NCBI GenBank assembly: GCA_001179505.1
Contig: CDMY01000033.1
Location: forward strand, 1-64,000
Reading direction: 5' to 3'
Source: Vitrella brassicaformis CCMP3155
Lineage: Eukaryota > Protista > Chromerida
DNA: 64,000 nucleotides
This document shows, piece after piece, positions 43,034-55,195 of the stretch; positions within the stretch are counted from its first letter, which is position 1; each line of letters begins with the position of its first letter. The notes under the pieces were generated by a model, which was given only the letters and a program-made list of their open reading frames with translations, had not been told where the DNA came from and did no database searches. The translations under genes were made by a program, and so were the position numbers.

Positions 43034-43590
43034 GACAGGTGCCTAAGGCGTCCACACGAGCAGATGCAGATCCACACACACAGACACACACACACGCACA
43101 CGCACACGCACACGCACACACACAGAGAGAGAGAGAGAGAGAGTGTGATGCCCTGCTCTTTCCATGTGTCTGTGGATGCGTCAGGATGAGTGGCCGAGGT
43201 GGTGCTGCTACTGCTGCTGACGTGAGAGTGAGTGGTCGAGGGATGGATGGCTCGATTGAAGCTGGCAATTGACAGACTCTCTTTTTTTCGTTTTTGCGAT
43301 TGGCCCTTGTTATCTGATTTGGTCGGATGCGTGTAATGGCTGGTGGGGTGAGGGTGTGTGAACCAACAGCTCAATTGCCGCCATGCATGCATTGAGAAAA
43401 ACAAGGCAGGAATGCACGGAAACACATGCGTGCGTGTGTGCGTGTGCGTCCGTGCATGTGCCTTGATGTGGCGTTGTTGACGTTGCAGTGTGGAGATGTA
43501 CGATGCGACAGACAATGCTTGTTATGAAGATGCTCAACCAACTTTGTCCATTCACGTGTTCGATCCATCGGCTCACACCAACGGTCATTC

Positions 43591-46500
43591 TTATTCGTTG
43601 TGCGCCTTCATGTGGACTTCAATCTCCAGTTGTCGCCTCTCCATGCGCTGCAACGCTGAAAAAATGAGACAAGAACCTCTTGATGCATCCAATCGAGATT
43701 TGAAGGTCTTTGAAATGTATGTGGACCTGTCATGATGTCTCGGTTCTCAACGTTGTGAAATCCTGCGGATTCAAGCCACTCGTCTATCTGTGAGTGCTCG
43801 AATTCGCGAGACACCGAGCGAATGAGGGTGCCATCTTCCCCTCGACGTTCGATGAGTGTCGTGGACACACGAAGGCGAGTAACGACGCCTCCTTCCTCGA
43901 TCTCTCTTTCCACGGAAGACGAAGTCTCCCCCGTCCCCCGTTTCCCCTCTCTCTCTGCTCGAATGAAGGCAATGAAGAAGGAGGGAATTGCCAAGGGGAC
44001 CGAGAGAAGGAAGAGGAAGACCACAGAATGTCTCTCCACCGCTGAGGGCTCGATTCATCTTTTCTCCGGCTTTGGCCAGCACCGCAAGGGCGATCACAGG
44101 AATGAAGGCGACAGTAAAGAGAAGGGCCTCGATGGTCGCGTGAAGTAGAGAAACTAGCAGGAAGATCACCGCTGAGATGTTAAGGCCGCTCGGCCGATCT
44201 GAATCTGAACGCAGTCACAATGCGCATTCAGGATACGCATTGTCTGCATTGTCTGTGTTGATACCATGAAGCCTCGCAGCGGCTGCGATCAGCGAAGCAA
44301 GGTACTTTAAGGGAAGAACCAATATCGCACCTGAGGGAACAACATTGGTAGATGGTTGGTTTTCAATATTCGTACCTATGAGGTTGAAGGGAGGTGGAAG
44401 CTGCTCCGTGGATGACATATGTAAGTACTCGTTTATCACCCGAACTTTCAGCAGTCTACAATTCAGAATAGGACGGTGATATAGATTAGTCCACCAGTTT
44501 TCCTTTATATGTCTTACTGATACTGAGCGCTTTGTGTCTCTTCGATTGCTGCCCAAGTTGAGGTCATGATGGCGATAAGGAGATTCACCTATATTCGCGA
44601 CCAAAACAAGCTTGACAGACATTTTGCATCTCTCCTTTGATATTCCTGTTCTAACCAGTATGATTGATGATAGAATGACATAGACCAGAAAGAGACATGT
44701 CGTGAGAAGCTCCTGTCTCTCGATCGAGTCATTCATCGGGTCCTGAGAATCGCCCAATCCTGCATAGAAGCTGCTCAAGAGCCCATCAGCAGTCATCTGA
44801 GTCTTTGCATTCTATGTGTTTATGCTGACAGAGTGAGTATCGCCTTGCTGTAGGTATCAAAGTGCTCTGAGTCGTGATTCAGTGCCACGAAAGCCGCCGC
44901 GAATATCAATAAGATATACACATACAGCAGCAAGAAAAGACCGATGTCCGACATCGTTTTGATGACGGCTCTGCCCAACAGATTGACAGTATGTGGCTAT
45001 TTGACTGTTCTTCTTTCCTCTTTGTTCCTCACAGGATGAGTGGCCCGACATTTGGATGAAGACTTGCGACTTGGAGGAGACGCAGAGCGAAGAGCAGTGC
45101 GATGAATACCAGTGACTTCATTGTCCACTCCGACGGCAAGTCTGAAGCGTAGAGGAAGATGAATCCGGCAATCCCGAGGCAGCTCAGAAGGTCTAAGATA
45201 TTCCTGAGAAAGAAAGACCGCCGCACAGGAGGTGTACGACCTAAGAGATATTACCAAGAGTCTGCCCAGTATGCTGCCTTGCAGCGAATCATCTGTTAAG
45301 CAGGAGAATGATATATATATATATGAAAGGCTGTCTTGGCATTTTTCTACCTGGAAGACCTCTTGTGCAAGGAAACCGGCTCCCATGATCATGAGCCCCC
45401 ATGTTGGCCACACGGGGGAGCTCTCATTGTTGACGTTGATGTTGATGTGAAAGAAGAGACCCATTATGCTGCATCAAAACATAGATGGCATATAAATGGC
45501 CCTCACATTATAACTCTGCCGTACAAGACAAGGATTGCGATGAAGCGATTGATGAAGACGGTACGTGGCGATATGTTGATGTTCCAATACTCAAGTGACA
45601 GAAAGGCCTTCTCCCAGCATCCGTCAACTATCGATATGCAAGAGCCTGAAGTTTTAAATCAAAAAACCAAAAAGTGCAGTTGCGTCAGCAAGGTTCCGAG
45701 GTTGTTCACCTTCTGTCACCAATTCCAGCGGTTCAGTCTCCTCAAGAAGCCGAAGAATATCTTCCTCTCCGTACTGCAGCGACTGCTGAAACACGCCAGG
45801 TTGTCTGTTGCAAAACGTTGCTGTGAAAGTCTGAGACGATCAAGTACAGACAGAAGATAAGCAAGAGACGGCGACAGAAGTCTGACCTTAAGCCATTTCA
45901 CAAGGCCTTCGAGTTCTCTGCACATAGGAAACAACATACACAGCCACCCAGATGAACGGTCCTTACGTTGCAATGGAGTGTTTCTTGTTGGAGATTAATT
46001 CTTTAAGAATGGAACAGCAGTTCAAGCTGTGCAGGGCAGGGCAGCCTGACTTCCTCAGCCATGACGCCAGGCCACTCTTCACGTAGGGCAGCATTTCGGA
46101 ATCGAGCTTTTTGGCGAGGGCTTCGATATCGGAAGGCATCAAGGGCTCTCTGGGATCAATCTGATGAAGACACAAACAAAGCGATAGTTCGGACACTCAC
46201 TTGTCCTTTGCTTGTCCTTCCCACACTGCACCCGTTCCGCAGCACGCCGCAGCCGAGAGAGGAACGCGTCAGCCCTCTTTCTATTCTCCCTCTCGTCATT
46301 GATGAATCGGCGGCCAATGGAAGGTTCGCTTTCTTCGAGTTCGGATTGCGAACCCTCATCATCATGATGGAGGAGAGGCACAAAGCTCTGAAGGTCGCGC
46401 TGAAAACAAACCATTGCAATACATTGCAATCGCAACGGGATGTCGCTGCGAGGCGTTTGTACCTTCATCTCGATTGCCCCTCGCATTCTTCCCGCCTTTC

Positions 46501-46690
46501 CGCCTGCGCCTTCAAATGTTTCAGGCTGGGGGCCGCGCTGGCTCGGCCAGGATCGTCACTGATCGCCCCAAATGGGAGGAGTGGCCACCTCCACAGCTGT
46601 GCTTCCGCTTGAGATGACAACCATTCATTCACTATGGCTGATGCAAATGATCGATCACCAGACCAGACGACAGTGATTGATAGGCGAAGC
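43591..46690 (-). CDS. TRP-family cation channel (six-TM region plus TRP-domain tail), short introns
   Basis: Spliced peptides YWADSW|NILDLL, LRLLQVASLHPNVGPLIL, IIL|VNLLIAIMTSTWAAIEE, VINEYLHMSSTEQLPPPFNLI; C-terminal coil LQRMERRQLEIE. Start not resolved. Confidence 0.82.
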
Positions 46691-46774
46691 AATAAGGTAG
46701 GGGACGGATGGGTCCATCAGAGACACACAGACACACAGACACAAGATGCATCAATCCTCCATCTTCAATGTAGG

Positions 46775-49700
46775 CTAGCCAAGGAAGCCTCTATCAAAGC
46801 CCCGCCCGCCAGACACGCTTCTAGCGCTGCTCAACTCAGACACCACTCGGGGCGTCGACACACCCCGCACGGACGGCAGTGGGGAAAAGGGCACCACAAT
46901 GCTCCCAGGAGGCGCAGCCGGCGGCCTGGCCGGCAGCATCGCCACCACAGGGGCATGAGCACGGGCATGATACCTCTGCTGTGCTGGCGGTCCCGTGGCC
47001 TGCCTCTGCACCCATGGTGGCGGCATCTGTTGCTGCTGGTGATGCTGCTGCCACACAGACTGCATTGGCATCAGCTGTGCCCCCTCCCCTCTTGGCTGCT
47101 GGTGGTAGATGGCGTGCAGGACGGCCTCTACGGGGGGGAAGGCGGGGATGGAGAGAGTGCCGGGCGGGGGCGGTTTGAGCTCCAGGCCAGTGGGTGCACG
47201 CGCCAGGGACGACGAGGAAGGGACAGGGGGCGGGGGAGAGCTGGGCTGCTGCTGGTCATGGTGCTGCTGCTGGTGCTCTTCGCAAGGGGCGGTCTCGTCC
47301 TCTGCTTCTGACTCGATGTCGGACACTGCACAGAAAAGAGGACCGTTTGGAGAGCAGATTGATGTGTCTCGTGTCGGTACTTACGTGATATGTCAAAGTT
47401 GAAACGGAAGTGGTTGAATGCACCCTCTCCGCTGCCCTGGCCAGCTGCCACTGCCTTGCCCTCTTCCCTCTCTCCCCTCCCATCCTGCCCCAGATGGTCC
47501 TTCTTCCCGCCACGGTCACTCTGCACGACAACCCCCCTGCGTGGCGTCCGCCCCCGGCCGCGAGCCGTCACAGGGCTCCGCGGAGACGCGCTCGCAGATC
47601 GCGATCGGCTGCCCCTCGATGCTGGCTTGGATGGCGGGCTCTTGAGGGGTGGAGGTGGGTTTTTCTTGCGATGGGTCGCCGGGCGGTCGCGTCGTTTCTT
47701 GGGTACATAGATGATCGCCTCTTCCGCCTCTTGTTTGTCACGCCCTTTTCTCCCCCCATGCCCGCCGCGGCTGCCGAGCAGCTCGTCCAGTCGGCGCGAA
47801 GATGAGGAGGCAATGCCAGCCTGGGCTCTCTTTTTTCCGTCGTCCCTGCGAGAGCGGTCCTTGACATGCTCGTCGACTGCTGCTGGTGGTGGGGGGACGG
47901 GCCAGTCGATGGGCTGCCTGGGCGGCTCGGCGGTGGTGAAGTCATTGTCAGCCGTGACGAGCTCGAATGGCAAGGGGGGCTGCGCGGGAGACGGCTGTTG
48001 GTGCTGTTGCTGGTACTCTTGCTCCTCTCCCCCTGCCTCCTCTCCTCTCGCCTGTTGGGTGGCTGGCCTTGGGGGATCGACGGACGGTGGGGGTAGGGGC
48101 GAGGGAGGACCTGGTGCCTTGATGGCGGCGGAAGTGTGGAGAAGCTGCGACAGCATGTCGTTCAGCTCCTGCTCGTGGCGGCTGATCGACCAACCAAAGA
48201 GGAAAGACAAAAATGCAGTTGGTCGGTTGTGTGCTGAGAGACATGTTTTTGGCGTTTGCATGTTCCCGACCGACCTTGTTGTGTCCTTGATCTTCTGCGC
48301 CATGTCATCGCGTTCCATCCAGAAAAGCATAGAGAGCCGTCGGCATTCGGCGTCAGTCTCGGCCTGGCAGACAAATATCCCCCCCACACACGTGGGGATC
48401 CACACCGTCTGGCTGTTCATGAAAGCCCTCTTCCAACCTTACCCTGTCCATCATCTTCTGTCTCTTCTTCTCCTCTCGCCGCTCCCTCTCCAGCAGATCC
48501 AACAACTCGCCGTTCTGCAGCCGACGCAGCTCCTCAAGGCAGCTACTCGGGTCACCCAAGACCTCACCCTCACCCTCATCTCTGTCTACCCCCTCGCGCC
48601 CTCTTTCCCCCTCTTTCACGTTGTCCGCACCGTCGTGGGCGGCCTCATGCACCTGGAACTCGTCTATTGGCGGCGGGAATGTGCGTGTGGGGATCAAGAG
48701 GCCCTCGTGCGGTGGGGAGGGCGGCTGCTGCTCGCGGATGAGACGCTTGGTGGACGGCAGCCCGGAGAAACTCATGGATGCTGACGAGAGAAGGGCAGAG
48801 AGCAAAAAAGGGTACGGTGTAATTTGTCGCGGGCTCATGTTACCTTTGTGTTCATGTTGTTTCCATGGTGGTGGGTTCTTTTCCAGCCATTCGCGGTACG
48901 GCTCGTGCACGACCTCCTGGGTGGTGGTAGCAGTGTCCTTGGCCGCCTTCTTCTTGACTGACGCGCCCCCGCCCTTCTCCTTGCGCACACGCACTATCAA
49001 GCCCCTCTCCCTCTCCCCCCTCGCTCTGCCACTCCCCCTTTTCTCCTCCTCTGTCGGCCGCACCGTAGCCATCTCCCCATCGCGGCACGCTGCGGCAGCC
49101 ACAGACGACAGCAGAGGGCTTTGGTCTTGCTTGTCCGGAAGCGGTGCCCGCGGAGTGCTCCCGTCGTCCTCCTTGACTGCGCCTGGGGGCGACTTGGGTG
49201 ACTTGGGCGGCTTCCATGCAAATGTCCGCTGTGCGTCATCCGCGTCATCCACTTCGGTGGCGGTGTGGTCGGCGGGTATCTGAGCTTGTGGGCGTGGCTG
49301 TGTGGCTGGTGACTTGGGTGGTGGGAGGGGCGAGGGAGAGGGGGGGCTGGAGGGCTCGAAGGTGAAGGCATGAACTGATGGAAGAGAAGAAGTGCCTTCA
49401 CCATTTCATCGGATGTGTGCACGTGAATGGATACCTGCGTCTACAGTAGCCTTTTTGACGTGCTGCATGTGGTCGTGTATGCGTTTCTTCTCGGCCTCGA
49501 GGGCCCGCCGCGCCTCATCCTTATCGCGCAGACGACGGTCACGCTCCTCACGCCAACTGCACAACACCCATTGTTGTGGCGCTTTCATGATCTGATGTTT
49601 TTCTCTTACCGTTCGATACGCGACTGCTTCCACATGACGGCCTCTTGCACCCGCTGCAACAACCAATCGGCAGTCCGACAATGAGCAGATGACCATTAAA

Positions 49701-51062
49701 AGAGATGTGTGGCTGCCGAGTTTAGGCACCTCTTTCTGCATCTCCTGCTCGATCTCGCGAGAGCGCTTGACCATGTCGCGCCGAGCCTGCAGACACAAAC
49801 GGACCTCCCTAGCGTGTGACTGGCCATTGTGTGTGTCTTTGTGTGTACCTCTCTCTGTTGGCGGGCGATCTGTCGGTGCTGCTCTGACATGTCCTGCAAC
49901 CTGATCAAACAGGAACACAAAGACCACAATACAAGTCCTCCCCCCTTCCATCCGTCGTCCGTCTGTACCTCTTGATATTCCGTTCCCTCTTCTGCACCAC
50001 AAGTTGGTTCTTGAGTGCGGCCTCGAACTTGCGCCGCTCCTCCTCTATCTGACGCGATGCCAGACGCTCGCTGCGGCACAGCTCACGCGACGTGCGGGCC
50101 TCCACATCCTCCACAGACATCACCCAGGGACTACTGCAGCACATAGTGCAACAGACACATGTTGTGTGTAGGGGTGTTTGTACCTTGAATTTGGTGCGGG
50201 GCGGCTGGTGAGCGATGGTGTGCCCATCAGCGATGCCCCGGTGCCCCTCTCCCTCGACGAGTGGCGAACACGACTCCCAGGGCGCCTGTCGATGGAGCCG
50301 CTAAGGCTGATGAGGAAGGAAACGAACAGACCCAGGGATGAATGATATGGGGACCTCTTTGATGGAATGGTGTGTACCTGGCTATGGACGCATCGAATGC
50401 AGGCTCGGCCTCATGCTGGCCGAGGGGCGCCTCGTCCTCCTCATAGCCGCCCTGTATGGATGAACGAGTGAATTGCACATGCACAATTCACCCACATCTG
50501 TCCATTCATCTGCATCATGATGCGTGTGTTTGGTGTCGTGTGGTGTGTACCTACCGAGTATCGTTTCTCCTGTCTGTAGGTCTTGAGGGTCTCCTCTCGC
50601 GCCTCGGCACGCTGCCGGTACTGCTCGGCCTCCTCCTGGTACATCATGATGGACACGTCCAAGTGAGCTGCCTGTGGAACAGAGACCACACATCTTTGAT
50701 GCATCGCTGCATCTTTCTTTGTGTGTTGACCCACCTGCTGCTCAAGCTGCTCCACGAGGTCCTTCTTGCGTTCCTGGGCCAGCTCTAGCCGCTGCTGGAA
50801 GTACCCACAATGCGTTTCGTAATGCTCTACCAACGTCGCCATCGCACCTGCGCGCCACGGAAACAGAAGATAGACCAATTCAGGCACCATAAATGATTGC
50901 AGCCATCATGATGTGGCCATCCTGCCGTCGCTCACCCTGCAGATACTTCTCATCACGGATGACTAGGTCCAGGTCTTGCGCCGTCCATTGCGAGGCCAGA
51001 GGGGCGGAGAGCGAAGGAGGCTGGGGAACCCCTGGGCCATCCTGAAGGCCATTCGCCGCCAT
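46775..51062 (-). CDS. Large multi-exon coiled-coil protein with low-complexity C-terminal half
   Basis: E/R/K-rich heptad exons (QQRLELAQERKKDLVEQLEQQ; REERDRRLRDKDEARRALEAEKKR) linked by GT-AG introns. Family unknown; could be two genes. Confidence 0.6.
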
Positions 51063-51284
51063 TTGCTCCCACGAGGGACCGTAAATGGAAGGCTGCCGAG
51101 ACGCCCACAGACGTGCCCACAGCCCCCAGATCGAGAGCTCGAAGAGCTGGCGTCCCGGCAATGTGGTAATTGGACGGCTTCTTATTTTCTGCCCTGCATG
51201 CACTCGTCTGCTGCTGCCGCGCTTCGGTCTGAGGCTGCTGCTCTGTTGCGGTAGGTGACGTTCGCTGAAGAGGAGTGCTTGAGG

Positions 51285-53978
51285 ATGATGCAGCAGCCGA
51301 CGAACCGTCGCGTGACAAGGGTGGAGAGCCCTGCTCCTCAAATGGGCCAGCAAGGTGAGTTTAGTAACAAGCTGCTCTGTAATGGTGTCGATATCCCTGT
51401 GTTCAACTGGACACAGGCGGCAACCGGCCCGGTGCTGCAGAGCTGCAGCGTCGCCATGTCTGCGGCACCCGTCCTCGAGCAACGACTCCTCAGGCCCCAA
51501 ACCGGGCGCCCACATTCACCAGAATGCATGACAAAGGTGAGAGACCTCCAGAGAAGTTTCATTTGAAGCCGTGATCCACTTTGTCCTTGCAGCTCCCTGC
51601 CGTCGCCCTGTCCGTGGCATGAGCCCGCTTCCGCTGCACGAGCAGCGTCGGCCGTTGTTTTTGCAGGCGAAGCCGCCCCAGCTGCCGGGACGCCACACTC
51701 TCAAACCCATGCAGTATCGCAACCCAAGCCCAGGTAGGCAGAGATGATCCCTTGTGCAATGGAACGTGTGTGTGAGCTTTTCACGTGTCTCCTTCTCTGT
51801 GTGTTTGCAGTGCCCAACTACGCCAACAGGACGCCCATCAGGCGCCGTCAGCATGAGATTGACGACGCTGACCGGGCGATGATGGGCACAGGCAGGGGCA
51901 GGATGGAGGGCGTTGGGACTTTGGAGGTGGATGTCGGCGTCATGACTAGCCCGGTGATCAGACACACATAATGAGCGATGATGACAAACAATGATACTTT
52001 GACTTCCTTCAGCGATTTGGTTCGCCTCCGGAGAGGAAGAAGGCGCCAGGCATAGCCGCCCCCCCGCCCCTGGCCATCCCGCCCATGGGCTACATCCCCA
52101 CCGTCACCGACAAAGCTAAGACAAAGAAGAAACAGCAGCCCAAGACTCACAGCAAGGCCCCCAGCCCTTCCCCCATCGGCCCCACCACACCAAAGCGCTC
52201 CCCATACGCCGAGGTCCCGCAAAGGCGCAAGACCAAAGCCCGCTCCGAGCAGCTGCCGGACGAGCCGAAGCAGCTGGGCTTCACGAGGGACGGCAGGAAG
52301 GGCACCTTCCGAGGGTACGAGGCCCATAACATGACCCCCATGACTCCCGCAAAGGTGCTGGCCACCGAGGTGCCCGTGCGGACGATGCACAAGCCGTATG
52401 TCGTGACGGAGCGCGTGCCCTTCAACCCCGTGATGCGTATGGTGAGGGAGGAGGAGACCACGGGGGTGCCCCCTGAGGTGGAGCTGGAGATGGCCGATGA
52501 CGAGGAGTCGCACTACCTGGACCGGCCTGAGGAGGAGGAGAGCCTGCTCGCCAACCAGGAGGAGATTGTCGACCCTCAGGTGCCCGAGGACACCAGCACC
52601 GGCACCGCCATCCATCACCTCGACGAGAACGCCACGCAGCACCAACACCAACACCAACAGGAGCAGGAGCCAGCCCCTCTCCCTCAGCTTCGCTTCAGAA
52701 ACTGGCTTGAGCCCGCCCGCACTCAGGCGCATCAAGACCACCGGCCACTCACCCCTGTGGTCGAGAGGGAGACACTGGCTGAGGCGCAGCCTGCTGTGCG
52801 GGCTGGGGCGGGGGCAGGGGCGGGTCGGCGGGAGAGGCCTGTGGTGGAGATGGACGTGCCGACCAACCCGTGGCAAGCGAAGGAGAGGGTCAACCGTGCC
52901 GAGAAGGAAAAGGAAAAGGAGAAGGACAAACGTGCCATCGCCCTGCCGCCAAGGAAAACAGGTACACAAGACGGGACAAATAAACAGATCGCGTCTCATC
53001 TTCCCCCTTTATCAGAGCACGTCCTGGGTATATATGGCAAGGCGGCAGAAATCCGCGACGCACGCCGTGACGCCCAGCAGGTGCGGGCCAAGGTGGCGCT
53101 GGGCGCTCGACTGACGGCGAGACCCAACACAGGAGAGAGGGCTGCCGACGACAGTGAGAGAGAGAGGGAGAGGCCGAGTCGGGAGGAGGAGCTGGAGATA
53201 TGTGAGAAGGTCGGCAGCGGGGCGTACGCCAAGGTCCACCGGGCGAGGAACCGGGTGAGTGAGTGTCAGAGGGGCAGAGACAGAGGGACGGGGACACACA
53301 GGAAGAAGGTGTGCACGGTGGATTGGATGGATCGCGTTTTCGGTCTGTGCGGTGCGTGTGCGTGTGCGTGCAGGTGACACGTGAGTCTGTCGCTTTGAAG
53401 ATGTACCCTCGCTCGCACTACCAGGGGCGGAAGAGACAGAGCTATGAACGGGAGGAAAAGTAAGTACCAAACCACGAAAAGAGACCGCCCCCTCCTGCCC
53501 TTGTCTCTACTTCTGCGTGTCCGTCTGTGTGTGTGTTCAGTGTGTTGCGTATGGTCCGTGACTTGGTCAAGCACCCGCACATTGTGGGCTACATCGGGCC
53601 GTACGAGACGCGGACGCACCTGTGTTTTGTGTTTGAGTTCCTGGAGGGGGGCAACCTCAAGCACTGGGTCGACCGCAAGGGCGGCAGGCTTACCGAAGCT
53701 GACGCACGGGCGGTCTTCTCACAGGTAAGTGAAATGAAATGGAAGATGGCGGCTTGTGTTGGGGTATGCATGTGTCTCGTTTTCTCGTCATGCAGCTTGT
53801 GGATGCGCTGGAGGCGCTGCATCGCAACAATATCGTACACCGAGACATCAAGCTTGACAACATCCTGAGGGACAAGAAATCATCCTACGGCAACTCACAC
53901 CAAGGTATGTGCGACACTCAGCACACAGATAGATGCCATATGAGCAATGGCCGCCGCGATTAATGGCCACGCCTCCCC

Positions 53979-54013
<35 letters not shown>

Positions 54014-54882
54014 GTCGTGTGCAGTCCCATTTTTCAAGCTGATCGATTTCGGGTTCAGTTTCCACGTGAGGGAGGACCACAGTGGGCAGCTCAAGCTCTT
54101 CTGCGGCACACCATCATACATGGCCCCCGAGATCGTCACCAACCAGCGGACCAAACAGGCCTTCTGCGGCTTCAAGGCCGACGTGTGGGCCATGGGCGTG
54201 GTGCTCTACCACCTTGTCTGCGGGCAGCTGCCCTTTCGCGCTGAGAACGATAGGTGAGGTGACACTTTTGAGAGCACAGGCATCGTCCTCTGGTCTGTGT
54301 CTCTCTGTTTGTCCGTGCAGTGCGCTGTATCAGAAGATTCTGCACTCGTCGAGCCACCTGAAGGTCCCGGATCGGCTGCAGCTGACGCCGACCTGTGAGG
54401 ACATTATCCGGAGGATGCTGCACCACGACCCGCGCCACCGGCTCTCCATGCACGAGGCCAAACACCACGAATGGTAGGTACCTCATCAACACAGAAAAGT
54501 GGCGGGGAATCGGCCCATCGGTGTGTGTGTTTCTGTTCGGTGTGTGTGAAGGCTGCGTGGCGAGGCCTCCGTGTCGACGGCCATCCCGTCGTCTCAGTCG
54601 TCATCGATGCGGAGCAACCTCAACACCATCAACAGCCATCCCCAGTCCCGCCCAAACTCCCTGCCGCCGCCGCCCAATATGCCCAACATATTCATGCCAC
54701 CCTGCCCGCCGCCCCCTTACACCTACCTGCACCCGCCGCCCTACTACTCGCCGAACAGCGTCCCACACACGTTTGCACAGGCGGCAGGAGTGGCGTACTT
54801 TGGCGGTATGCTGACGGGGGATGGCGGAATGGCTGTGGCCCCACCGCCGCCGACCTTTGAGCATCACCAGGGGCAGCACTAG
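51285..54882 (+). CDS. Ser/Thr protein kinase (CAMK group, MARK/SNF1-like) with long N-terminal extension
   Basis: GSGAYAKV, VALK, FEFLEGG, HRDIKLDN, DFG, CGTPSYMAPE, DVWAMG, DPRHR; kinase domain about 53190-54475. Start approximate. Confidence 0.92.
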
Positions 54883-55195
54883 CAGACAGACAGAGGGCGG
54901 GTTGTGTGTGTCGATTTGTGGGTGGGAGAGGGAGAGAATGTGGGATGGGGTTAATGGCGCCAGGGTGATGATAGGCAGCCGCTTCTTGCAAGAGTGCTGG
55001 ATGGATGGTGATCAGTCGAGCTTGTCTCTTTCCTTTTGCCACGCATGACCCATCGAGGAGGCGCCACACGGAGAGATAGATAGAGTGGCAAGGCTGAGTC
55101 ACCAGTGCCCGTCCATTTCGTTTGTTGATGGAAGAAACCAAACAATCAGTCAAAGTCAATGTCAAAGGCATTCAAAGGCATTCGCCTCTCACCGT

